A stretch of DNA of 64,000 nt from a virus (Duplodnaviria > Heunggongvirae > Uroviricota > Caudoviricetes): IMG/VR virus record IMGVR_UViG_3300042946_000906; one strand, written 5' to 3'. Of the stretch, positions 35,572-47,400 are shown one piece after another. Each line of letters begins with the position of its first letter. Position 1 is the stretch's first letter. The position numbers and the translations under genes were made by a program. Under the pieces are notes generated by a model, which was given only the letters and a program-made list of their open reading frames with translations, was not told the origin of the DNA and searched no databases.

Positions 35572-38500
35572 TTATTGGTTACGTTTCATAATATCAATAC
35601 GCCAATTTGGATCTGCAATATCTCTAAAGTTTTTAATACCAGTTAGATCGAAGAAATCTTTCATCAATTTTGCATCACCTTTCTCATAACCACCAGCTTT
35701 TCTCATATAGTGAGAATCTTTCCAGATTTCATGTTTCCATTGACTATCATCTTCATTAGGTTCTTCACCACCATTAAAAATATATGATAGTAAAAGATTA
35801 AATCCATGACTACTTGTTGCCATCAGCGCGTTAAATTCACGTGTGTATGCAGTAAATGTTGTAAAATTCTTAACGTATTCTTTAGAACCACCTCCAATTG
35901 GAAACATCGAGTTGGTTTCACCATGTACACCCCAAAGAACTCTAATTGCGTTACCTTCCAAGAATGATAATTCTTCATCATCATCGTCTTTTTTCCTAAC
36001 GTATGAAAGAGCCATCATACTTAAAACTGTAAAGAGAGCCATTGTCAACGCATCTCTTTTTGCATGCTGAATTTTAGACGCATAAAAACCATTTACTTTT
36101 GTTTTATTATCTCTCAAAAGATTTTTGCTACCAAACAATACATGTTTAGCAATTTCTTTTGGTCCATAATAGCGATATGCTGTTACAAATGCTCTCCAGT
36201 ATCCAACAGCAACTTCTCCAGATTCATAGTTTGGTCTAAGATATCCAAATCTATTTAACATCTGAGGTATTACATATTTTCTAAAGAAGAATACAAGTTT
36301 ACCTACTACATTTTCTTCAAAAGCAGTTTGATCTGCTTTAGCATAGTTACCTTGTGCTCTACGCATTTCAGAATAAATAGTATTTCTTAATCTGTTTTCA
36401 TCTTGTTGTGTATATTCTACATCATTGCGTTTTGATATGGAACCATCAGCATCTTTAAAATAGACCTCGTGAGCTGGTATAACTACATCATTACCTTCAG
36501 CATCTTTTCTGTACACTTTATCTCCTGTAACCGGATCAATGTCAAAAGTTTTAAATTTGTAACGATTTAAAATTGCGTACATTACTGTAACACCAATTTC
36601 TGTATCACCTTTATCTTGAAATAAATATCCAAGTTCTTGAACATTCATTGCTTTAGATAAAATTCTTCTACCTCTTGAACCAGTTACTTCATCGACATAT
36701 TTTATATAATCCTTTTGCATTGGGTTAAATAGTCTGTACAACATAGTAGATTTACTAATGTCACTAACTCTACCCCAGTCACCAAAATAGTTTTTGATAA
36801 AACCGTTTTCACCAAGACCATACACTTGACCTTTTGCCCACATATAGTCTTCTCTACTATAGTGATCACTTTCTAATCCTCCTGCTGCAATAAATGCTTG
36901 TACATTACCAGACACGTAGTTTTTAGTTTGGTTGACAACATCAAATCCAATTCTAATAAAACTGGTGTATGACATTACGTTATTTACAATCTTTGTAAGT
37001 TTTTTGTTAAGATATGTAAGTGATTGATCTTGTGCATTAATAAACTTTCTTCTTTCAAATTTAAGAATTGAAATTACATTTTCAAGTTCTGCAAGACGTT
37101 TATTCATATCAATTGGTCTACCTTCATCATCTTTAAGAACTGCTTTGTTTTGAGTTTGTTTTTTCAAATCCTCAGAAAGTAATTCAATACCAGAAATAAA
37201 AATATCAGCAACCGGTGCAACTTCTTGCATTGCAATATTATAGTTTGCTTCTGTTGTCCATTTCATTAAACAACCAACTGCATCTTTTGATTGCATGTTT
37301 TCAGGAAGTTGATCGTTAAATCTTAAACGAATTCTACCTCCATTATCACCAAAAGTATTTGACACTGTGTCTTGTACACTACGTGTTTTCCATGCTTTAT
37401 CAATGTATTGTTCCCATCTGTTTTTTGAACCTTCAATAATTCCTTCTCTTGAGAAGTTTTGCATTGTGGTTGAAGCAAATCCAGGAACTTGGTATCCAAT
37501 TTTTTTACCATCAGTTTTTACTTGTAAATCAAAAAACATGGTAGTTAATTTTTTGTAAAAATTAAATAGTTCAGGATCATTCATCATGTTCAAGTATTTT
37601 GAATTGATGTTTTCTACTTTATATGTAGACCTGTCTACTTGATAAGATTTGTCAGAATCTTGATAAATACCTTTTGGCATTGGAATTCCATCTGGTGATT
37701 TTAAAAAGTCTGGATTATACGACGACTCTTTTAATTTTTTGATTTTATACTTAGGATGTGGTACAGTTTCAGTATATTCTGCAGCAACGCCTGGAGCAGG
37801 AAGTCTTTGGTAATTAAAAGATTTTGCTATTGTTCGTTTGTAAATATCTTCTTCACTGTCTAATATACTTTGATATGGTTGTTGGTGAAATTGATTGTAC
37901 CATTTTTCAAATTTCTTTTCTTCAATGTCAAATTGACCTTCATAAAATATAACATCTTTTGTAGCATTATCAATTGCAGCTGCGTCTTTACTTGCCTCTG
38001 CTTTTTCTAAATCAAGTTGTGCTTTAATTAATAGTTTTTTTGAACTATTTAATGCTTTGATTTTAGCATCACGACTGTTTATGTAAGATTTACTTAACTG
38101 CAGTGAAGCAATTCTGTTTATTTGTTCTTTAATTTGAGTAGATCTTTGTTTTTCTTCAGGAGTAAATTTACTCATATCAAGTGTCTTGCCTTCAAATATA
38201 GACTCAAGTTGTGCTTCTATATCAGCAATTTGATCTGCTTCTTCTTCAGTAACAAACTGTGACTGAAGTATACCAGCAACCTTGTGTGGTTTTAGTATCT
38301 CAGAACGCTGTTTAATCAAATCAGATACTGCAGGATCAGAACCAAATATTTCTGCACGAGCTTCATATAATGCAGAAAGCTCATCATACCATTGTGATGT
38401 CGGTCTTGTTACTGTGTTATCAGCATACCATTTTTTAAGTAATTCAGGATGTTCTTGATACTTTGCAATTGCATTTGCTTTTCTTCTTTCGTAGAATGCA

Positions 38501-41457
38501 AAGTTTGTATCAAACTCAAATAAATTATTAAACTCTTCCATGTACGCAGCATAATCAGGATTCATCTTCTTTGCCTTTTCTCTCAGAACTCTGATGTCAT
38601 CTTCAAGTTCTTTCAATCTATCAAAGTCATAATCCTCAAGTAACACTTCGTTTCCTTCACCTACCTGAAATGTTATTTGCTGTATCTCAAAATATTTTTC
38701 CTGAAGTTCATTTCTGATTTCTTCAGGCATTAATGCTTGTAATTTGTAGAATGATTCATTAAATGGTAATGATGTATTATCAATTAACCATTTAATTCTT
38801 TCAGTATTAAAATTTTCTTTTTCTTTCTTTTTTTCAAACAATGCTGTTTTAGCATCTTCATATTCTTGAGTACCATTCTGTTTAGAATTAACTTCACTTG
38901 TCAAGTTTCGAATTTCTTGATTAAATTCTTTTAGTTTTGAGTTGTATTCTTTGAATGTGTTTTCGTATTCTTGACTATATGGTTTTACAAAATTTAAACT
39001 TCTTGCAGTTTCATACTCACCTTTATCCTTATTAAATACTTTGTATTCTCTCCATTCAGACATTTCATCATTTAATTGTTCAACAGTAAATCGTTTTAAT
39101 AAATTATCTCTGTCTCTGTCAAACTGCATTATTGCAAAATCATTTTGCATATTGTATACAGCTTTTGCTTGTCCATTTTTATACATTTGAGTCATTGCTG
39201 ATATTGCAAGATCACTATTAGATGCAGAAGCGATACCTTTATCTAATAACAATCCGGAAAACAATGATGTACTATTAAAAGTATCTTGTGCTCCAATATA
39301 AACTTGAGAGTTTGGATCTGTAACAGCATTGATGTATTTTTTTAACGCCTCAATATCATATTCAACTCCTGTAGTAACGTATGCGCGTAAACGTAATAAC
39401 TCAAGTTCTTTACGTTGTACATTGTCCAAAATATCTTTAGCATCAGGAGAACTATTAGCAACTTTTTTTCTAAACTCAACAGATACTAAAGATATTAAAC
39501 TTCCTTGCAGTTGTTTAAAAAGATTTGCTGCTTTACCAGCTTTCATGTCTTCAATTTCTTTTTCTAATTTAGCAATCTTTGGTTCAAGTGCCTGACGTGT
39601 TTGAGCATTAATAGAAGAAAACACTGCTTCACCAGGTGTCATTAATATTTTAACACCGTTTAGTAAAAATGCTTCTCTAAAATTTGCTTCAATTGTCATG
39701 TTATGTTGACGTAATTGATTTAATTTTTGCATTACAGGACTGCTTGGAGAAATATTATTATTAGGATCTTCTGCAGCTTTGTTTACAATAGACTCAAGAG
39801 TTTCAATAATATCGTTTAGTCCTTTTGAACGTATAAATGCTTGATGAATTTGTGTTGTATCTGAACTAAAAAAATCAAGTGTTCCAGTTCTAAAAGACTT
39901 GATTGCTTCTTTTGACAAATCAGATAACTTTTTAAGATCGTCTTCTGTAGCAGCAAGAATATTAAAAAAGTTAATTTCATATGCAGCATCTGTTGCATCT
40001 ACCTTTTCAGTATAAGTATTAAATGTTGCTAAGGTGGCTCTTCTAACTGCAAGTAGTTCACGCAATGGAGTCGAGTTTTTACCTTGAGCGTCTAATTCAT
40101 TTATTCTATCAAAGATTTCTTCACTCTGTTGTTTATATGCCTCTTTTAATGCTTTCATTACTCTTTTGTTTTCTGCTTCAGTTGGAGTAAACTCTAATGT
40201 TTGAAAGTTCTTTTCAAGTTCATCCTCAATAGCTTTGTTACCAACAGGGATTTCTGCATCTATTGCATCACGATATTCTTTTAATCTTTGTGCAGTTCGT
40301 AGTGGATCTTTTATCCAATCACCATACTCATTGATTGTTTGAGCGTATGTTGCATAATCAAAGTAGTTATTACCTTGAAATATATGTAATGCATCACCTA
40401 AGAATTTATTGTTTGCATCTGTTTGATATAGTAAAGCAACAATCTTACTTTCTTCAGTAACAAGACCAATTTGACCAAGCATATTTTCATATGCTTTTAA
40501 TTGCAGTGTCCAGTTGTCGTATGCTGTTCTAAGTAAGTTTGCTTGTTTTAATTTATCAGCCATACCTGGTTTGTCATTAACCTGATATGAAGTTGTGGCA
40601 AGATTGACAAATGCTCTGTCTTTGTCAATTTCAACACCAAACGGACCAGTAGTAACCATGTTATGAACCTTTTTTGTCTTAAAGTCAAACACTTTTACTT
40701 TACCGGTATTGCTAATCAAAAGTAAATCCAGACGACCAACAATATAGTTACCTGCAATATCTTTACCAGCAAGAGTAATCTCTGGTAAGATAAGATATCC
40801 TTCATCTTTGTTAACAGCGACATGTTTTGCAACACGATCTGCCATGTCAAATATTTTTTCTTTTGTAAGTTCTTCTATGTAAAATGGATTCTTTTCTAAA
40901 TACTTTTCATACACCTTGTCAAAAAATTCTGGAGTCAAGACTTGGTCAATAACCTTGTTTGTTTTTAACGCTTCAATCTGTGCTTTTTCTAACACGTCGT
41001 GCATAAATGTACCAAACAGTTTGAATGCTTCATACTTAGCAGGATCTCCTGCAAAATCTGAAGATCCAATAAATGAAGTAACAGAGTAAGAAGGTAAAGT
41101 GTTTCTACCATCTTTTCTTAGCTCAATGTTTTTTTCAAGAAATTCTTGATACTCTCTATTGTTTTGTAACAGTTTTGAAATTGCTTCTCTTTGAGCATTG
41201 TTTGCAAATAAACTAAGATTTGTAAGTGTAACTGCTTGATCTTTAGTTCTTTCTAATTTGAATTCATCAGAGTGACGAACATGTCGTTCATCATTTTCTT
41301 CCACTTTCATACCTGCAATTAAACTTTTTGCTTCATCAACAGAAGGAATAATATCTTTATTTAATGCAACAGCGGTTCTTGCTAATGCCTCATTGCCTCC
41401 AAATGCTGCAACAAGTTCTTTAAACAATGGATCATTTATGTTAATACAATTTGTCAT
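35572..41457 (-). CDS. large virion protein (1961 aa), coiled-coil rich; candidate ejected/cargo or tape-measure-like protein
   Basis: Uninterrupted 5.9-kb ORF, 4 nt downstream of the 3843-aa gene. Long E/K/Q-rich helical stretches; hydrophobic segment near the C-terminus (ALFTVLSMMALSYV). Confidence 0.6.
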   Translation of the reverse strand: MTNCININDPLFKELVAAFGGNEALARTAVALNKDIIPSVDEAKSLIAGMKVEENDERHVRHSDEFKLERTKDQAVTLTNLSLFANNAQREAISKLLQNNREYQEFLEKNIELRKDGRNTLPSYSVTSFIGSSDFAGDPAKYEAFKLFGTFMHDVLEKAQIEALKTNKVIDQVLTPEFFDKVYEKYLEKNPFYIEELTKEKIFDMADRVAKHVAVNKDEGYLILPEITLAGKDIAGNYIVGRLDLLLISNTGKVKVFDFKTKKVHNMVTTGPFGVEIDKDRAFVNLATTSYQVNDKPGMADKLKQANLLRTAYDNWTLQLKAYENMLGQIGLVTEESKIVALLYQTDANNKFLGDALHIFQGNNYFDYATYAQTINEYGDWIKDPLRTAQRLKEYRDAIDAEIPVGNKAIEDELEKNFQTLEFTPTEAENKRVMKALKEAYKQQSEEIFDRINELDAQGKNSTPLRELLAVRRATLATFNTYTEKVDATDAAYEINFFNILAATEDDLKKLSDLSKEAIKSFRTGTLDFFSSDTTQIHQAFIRSKGLNDIIETLESIVNKAAEDPNNNISPSSPVMQKLNQLRQHNMTIEANFREAFLLNGVKILMTPGEAVFSSINAQTRQALEPKIAKLEKEIEDMKAGKAANLFKQLQGSLISLVSVEFRKKVANSSPDAKDILDNVQRKELELLRLRAYVTTGVEYDIEALKKYINAVTDPNSQVYIGAQDTFNSTSLFSGLLLDKGIASASNSDLAISAMTQMYKNGQAKAVYNMQNDFAIMQFDRDRDNLLKRFTVEQLNDEMSEWREYKVFNKDKGEYETARSLNFVKPYSQEYENTFKEYNSKLKEFNQEIRNLTSEVNSKQNGTQEYEDAKTALFEKKKEKENFNTERIKWLIDNTSLPFNESFYKLQALMPEEIRNELQEKYFEIQQITFQVGEGNEVLLEDYDFDRLKELEDDIRVLREKAKKMNPDYAAYMEEFNNLFEFDTNFAFYERRKANAIAKYQEHPELLKKWYADNTVTRPTSQWYDELSALYEARAEIFGSDPAVSDLIKQRSEILKPHKVAGILQSQFVTEEEADQIADIEAQLESIFEGKTLDMSKFTPEEKQRSTQIKEQINRIASLQLSKSYINSRDAKIKALNSSKKLLIKAQLDLEKAEASKDAAAIDNATKDVIFYEGQFDIEEKKFEKWYNQFHQQPYQSILDSEEDIYKRTIAKSFNYQRLPAPGVAAEYTETVPHPKYKIKKLKESSYNPDFLKSPDGIPMPKGIYQDSDKSYQVDRSTYKVENINSKYLNMMNDPELFNFYKKLTTMFFDLQVKTDGKKIGYQVPGFASTTMQNFSREGIIEGSKNRWEQYIDKAWKTRSVQDTVSNTFGDNGGRIRLRFNDQLPENMQSKDAVGCLMKWTTEANYNIAMQEVAPVADIFISGIELLSEDLKKQTQNKAVLKDDEGRPIDMNKRLAELENVISILKFERRKFINAQDQSLTYLNKKLTKIVNNVMSYTSFIRIGFDVVNQTKNYVSGNVQAFIAAGGLESDHYSREDYMWAKGQVYGLGENGFIKNYFGDWGRVSDISKSTMLYRLFNPMQKDYIKYVDEVTGSRGRRILSKAMNVQELGYLFQDKGDTEIGVTVMYAILNRYKFKTFDIDPVTGDKVYRKDAEGNDVVIPAHEVYFKDADGSISKRNDVEYTQQDENRLRNTIYSEMRRAQGNYAKADQTAFEENVVGKLVFFFRKYVIPQMLNRFGYLRPNYESGEVAVGYWRAFVTAYRYYGPKEIAKHVLFGSKNLLRDNKTKVNGFYASKIQHAKRDALTMALFTVLSMMALSYVRKKDDDDEELSFLEGNAIRVLWGVHGETNSMFPIGGGSKEYVKNFTTFTAYTREFNALMATSSHGFNLLLSYIFNGGEEPNEDDSQWKHEIWKDSHYMRKAGGYEKGDAKLMKDFFDLTGIKNFRDIADPNWRIDIMKRNQ

Positions 41458-41460
41458 GTC

Positions 41461-44400
41461 TTATAAACATTTAAGTTTTTCAATAATTTCTTGGTTAGAT
41501 AATCCTGTAGATTTTAACTGTACAGCCATGTCTGCAAAAGTTTTAGAATACGCTTCTAAAGATTGACGTTTACCGCTTTGCTCGTAGAAGTGCTTTACTA
41601 CATCAAAGGTAACATTAATATTTTGAATATCAAGTTCTAATTGAGTAAGTGGTGCAGATGTTTCCGGTTTAATAGAATAGTCTTCAAACATGTCTGCAGT
41701 TAAACCTTCAGACATTGCTTCTGCAAGATCAAATTCTGACATGTCAACTTTTGCTTTTTTATTTATAAGACTCATGTATCGTTTAGATTGTTCAATACTA
41801 AATCCAATTGGACTAAGTGTATTAGTTGTAAGTTCCATTGGTAATGCAACATATTTTGCAGCGTTACCTGTAGTTCTATATTCACCTACACCTGCAATAG
41901 AATTGATAATAGATTTACCAAAACTCTTATTACCTATTTCTTCATCAACACCTTGTAACAAATAAGTAGTGGATCCAAGTTTTAACATAACTGGAAACTT
42001 AAACTTATTTTTATCATCTTTATCTTTGAAGATGTTTAACTTTTCACCTACAGCCATTACTGCTTGAGAAGTTGCTTCAGGAATGCTATCAGCACCTTTC
42101 ATGTTAATAACAATTTCTTCAAGTTTACCAGAAGTAAGTCTATCAGTAAGTAAAAATCCTTTTTTATCTGCAGTAACAACTAATCCTAAAATATTTCCAA
42201 CAATTTTATTTGCAATGTCAATTCTTTCTTTTGCATCTGTTGTTTGGAAATTAATGTTTTTCATAAATTTAGATGCATAATCTGCAGACTCATTGTATGA
42301 AATATTTTTAACACCTTTGATTTTCTTATTACTAACTTCTTTTGATGCACCATGCGCCATTAAAACAAACAAATCATCAAATAACTTGTACACTTGTTCT
42401 TGAGTAGTTGTTGACTCATCGCCAATAAATGATTTAATTGCATCAATTAATTCTTTTTTATTACCTTGAGTACTCTCAATTGCTTTAATAAAGTCTTCTA
42501 TGTTTTTAGACAATGGTATCTGTAATTCAGCAGGTAGATATTGTAAAAAAGATCCAGATTTATATTGCAACCCTGTTCTTGCAAGTTCATGATAAAATAG
42601 TTTTTTCATAAACAAGTTTTCTTTTTTATACAATACATACGCATCATTCGAAATACTATCAGCTAATTCACCAGCAATTTTTGCTTTATTTACCATTTCC
42701 AAAGTCTTTTCTTGAACAGGTTGATTGGTTGTAGTAAATACTGTTGCTGTATTGTTGGATACTTTTAAGTATTGTAAGAACTTATTATCAGGATACAGAT
42801 CCTTCATTGCATCAAGTTCTTTATCTAAAGAATTTTTAAACCAGTAATCTGCAGTAAATGTTTCAATCAAGTTTCTGTCATCTGCGTCAAAGTTTGCTTG
42901 CATCGAGGCGTTAGTACTTTTTCTGCTTCCAGGAAGACTTAGTTGATATTTACGCAAAGCAACAAAACTTGTCATAATTTTGGCAATGTTAGATGGATCT
43001 GTAAACACAGTATCAAACAAGTTTTTAATTGGTTGGAAGAAAGACGTTCTTTCTAAGAATATTTTAGAAGATTGCTCTTTTAAATCATCCATTGATTCAG
43101 TAAGTGGAACCCACACTTGTTTTCCATTAAATAATTTATCGCTGGATTCTACTGTAAATATAGATTCACCATCACGTAACTGATTAATGTTTTTATACAA
43201 TTTGTCAAAAGATACAAAAGTCGGATTAAGTTTTTTATACAAATCAACTATTGCACCTGCATTTCGTATCTTCCATGCTTGTTGTGATTGTTCTTTGTAT
43301 AATTGTAACAAAATCAATTTTTGTGCTTCATTTGATAGTGCTGTTTTAACACCTCCAACATAAGCTGATACTTCATATCCAATGTCTTCAGTAGTAAGAA
43401 CATTGTTCTCTAATCTGTATTCATCAAGTGGAGTTTGTTTAAAATCAATCATTAAGTTGTCTTTGTTAATTTTAACATTAACAGCATATGAATCTGGTGC
43501 AATTAGACCTGCATCAATTAGTTCATTTAACAATTTTCTATCACCATTGGTTTTTACAAATTTTTCAATTTGTTTTCCAATCCTGTCATTTAAAAACAAA
43601 TACTCTGTCGAAATTGATTCACTAATTGCAAAACGAGATGCTTGAACTTCATTTATAGCATTTCTTATTTCAGGAATAAAGTTAAATCCAAATGCAAATG
43701 CAGGATCTAATCCGATTCCAATCATCGCAAGAGTAACACCAGTATTTATTTCATTCATTTCTAATGCAGCAGGAATAGGTTTTTTCATACCGTCTGCAGC
43801 AATACCTAATACAATACCATTAAGTTCAATTACACGCTGACCATTTTTGTTTATTGCACCAAATTTAAAAAGATTGTTTTCAGTTATTTTAGTAGTACCA
43901 TCTGCTTGCAAATCGTTGCTAAAAAATTTCCAAACAACATTGTTAGAATTTAGTTCTAATTCATATTGACTTGCAAGTGCTAAGAATTTTTGTAATGACG
44001 CTGCAATACCAATCATATCTTTATAAGCAGAACCTAAATATTTAGACTCAATAATAGATGTAATAGTATTTGGATCAGACTTAGGTCCAAAATTTTCAAG
44101 ATCCCTACCGTAGCCTTCTACAATACTTTCGAAGTATTCTGTAGAAGATTTAGCGTGTATGTACAAGTTTTTAAACACTGCCTCATTAGAAAGAATATTA
44201 ATCTTTGCATCCAAGTTATTATTTTGGTGTATAGGTAATACAGACAAATGATTCACAATGTTACTATCAAAGTTTGCTTGATCAACTGGTAAACCATATT
44301 TTTCAAAAACTTGTAATGCTGCTTCAATTCTTACAGCTCCATCTACAAGTGTTAACAATCTTCGTTTTTCTGCACGTACTTTATTACGTTCCTGATATGT

Positions 44401-47400
44401 TTCGTCAAGTTCATTTTTCAAATCAAAATGTTCTTTACCAAATTTTCTACGATTTGCTTTTGCAACATAGTCATTAGAATCATTTTCAGTATCACGTTTT
44501 GCTTGAACAAATGCTTGTCTACTTACTTCTTTTTCTGATTTAATGTCTACAATATCTTCTTCTAAATCTGATTCGTAACTTTCAAGATCATCAATTACAC
44601 CTGCAGTTAACGCTTTGATATAATCTTCCTGAGTATAACCCATTCCGTACATTACCTCAAGTGCATTTGCAGTTATAACAAGCTCTTTAGATTCTAAAAT
44701 TTCTTTTCTTTTTGCTTTGATTAATTTTTTAAAGTTTTCATCATTAGCCATGTAATGAATGTACTCTATAAATTTACCTTGTGCAGGAGATTTGTAAACA
44801 TCATAATTACCATATTTTGCATAATCACCTGCCGCATTTATATAATGCGCATATGTTTGACCATATAACGAGTCAACGTCAAAGTCAGATCCTGCAAGTA
44901 AGTGTATAAATTGTGGTACGACAATAGTGTTCATGTTAGAACTATCCACGTAGTCTACTACTTTAAGTACAATCATTGAACGCTTATCTTCAGTTGGAAT
45001 ACGAAGAGCAAACATTTCTCTAAGATTTTCCATAAAGAAATCTTCTTGCTGCTGACTTCTAAAAAACTGCTTTGGTAAAATACATTCAACAAAGTATTTT
45101 TTACTAATTAATTCTCCATTAGAATCATATTTAGCTTCAATACGTACACCTAATGGTCTACTTTTTACATTAGGATATCTTTCTGGATTGTTTTTGTAAT
45201 CTTCAGTTGTAACAACTTCTCCATCTTCATTTTCTAATACGTCAAGTCCAAATGAAGAAACGTGAATATTTTTAAATCCAGAACCTTTTTCATCAGTTAC
45301 ATGTTTACTGTAAAGCGAAAAGAAATAGTATTCTAACATAGATCTAATACCTGGAAGGTTAGGACTATGAACAGGTTTACCAGAAGCATCTACATCAAAT
45401 AGTTTTAATACTGATGCCGGTGCATTCTGTGTTTCAAGATTTTCTCTAATCAAATCAAATACTTTTCCTAAATCAAAGTCTTCACCTTTACGCATAAAGT
45501 GTTTTAATGACTGCAGATTAGAATCAGCAATATCATAAAGTGACTCTTGATATTTAAGAAGAACATCACCTAATTGGTTCATTGCTTTTCTTTCAGAAGA
45601 AGACATTACCGTTCCGTCTTCAGCGTGACGCTTTTCTGCAAGTTGTTCAATGTATTTTAAATCTGCAGGTAATAATATTTTACCTTGTACAGAAAAACGT
45701 GCTGTGTCGTGTACGCCAGAAGTTTCAACCTGAAGATATTTATCTTCATTGTTTACTCTTAATGATGACAAATTTAATGGAAGATATTCTTCAGCTTCAT
45801 GTCCAAAGAAATCAACAGGAAGTTTTGTAGCATTTTTAGATGCTTCAGTATCCATTAACTGATCTATATTGTGATACTCCATAGAGTTTAAAATCTTGTG
45901 AAGTTTTACTCTATTAGGAAGTGGCACATAATATGCATGAATTTTTACATATGTGTCTTGAATACTTTTTTCTAAATCTTCAATAGTAGTATCAAATTCT
46001 CCTGTATCATTAATTTTGTGTGACTCTTGTATTTGATTACGTAAACTATATATGTACATGTATTTAGAATGTAAATCGTCATACACTTGATCACGAGTTT
46101 TACCTTCCGGCACAATCAATCTACTCACGTCATTTCTATCAATATACGCTTCTGATTGTTTATGATATACATTACGAGAAGCAGTAACAGTTTTCTTAGG
46201 ATTATTTACTACTTTGTTTTTCTCCATGTTTCGAACTTCTTCTTCAGTTAGTTCGCGATATTGTTTTGCAATAAGAGAACTTAATATTTCAGGAGTAAGT
46301 CTTCCTAAAGCATCATGCATATCTGCTTGATGAAACAATGTAGAAATACTTTGACCATCAAATACTTTTTGATTAAGTTTAAAGTTTCTATAAATGTAAT
46401 CACGCACAGCATCATCAGTAATTTGAATATCATTTAATACTTCTTGAGGATTATAAAATGGTCCATATTCTGGATATTTATCATTTATGTATCCTTCAAT
46501 AGTATTAAGATAAGTAACAGTATGTTTACCTGCTTTCATTGTACTACCAGACGCAAGTAATTTTTTATTACGTTTTGTAGAATCAATACCGTCTTTAACA
46601 TTCATTGCCTTATCACCTAAGAATAATTCATTAACCATTAACGAGTTATACCATTGATTAAAGAAATAATCAGCAAGTAATCCGTTCAAGTCACTGCGAG
46701 ATTGTAATTCAGCTCTTACATCATAATTTGGTTTTGTACCAGCATATACTGTAGTAGTACTTTGATCAGGTCTACTGTCAATTTTTAATTTGTCTGCAAT
46801 TAAACTTGAAGTTAAATATCTAAGGGGTGGCTGTTTTGTTTCAAACACAATAGGATTTCCTTCAACATCAGTAATAGTTTTTCCAGTTGCTGGATCTTTT
46901 TTAAGAGCTTTTACTGTTTCTTCATTTTCTTTTACAACACCTAAATTTTTTAATGTATTTATATACGTGTTTAATTCTTGTAAAGCATAGTTGTTTAGTC
47001 CTTCACGTAAATCTGCTAAAGTACTTTCATCAATGTCTTCAAAATTTATATTTTTATCTTTTGCTAAACCTATTAATGTTTGTGTTAAAGTATCATTTTC
47101 AGGAGCTGCAAAAAAGTATGGTAAGTAATTAAAGTTATATGCTCTTAAGTTTTCAGATTCAGTGTCTGCTTCTGTCACATTTTCTTTACTTAATACACCA
47201 TTGTACTTGTTAATTATTCTATTTGATTTACCAGAATCAAAGTTTGATTTGTTATCAACTCTACTGTTCCATTCTTTTTTAATTCTGTTAAATTCTTGTT
47301 TTACTTTGCCTTCAAGATCTGCAACAATTTTTAAATGTTTTCCTTCTTTTAAAAGACCTGTTTTATCTGCATAAGGTTTGTAGATAGAAGTAATTAAAAA

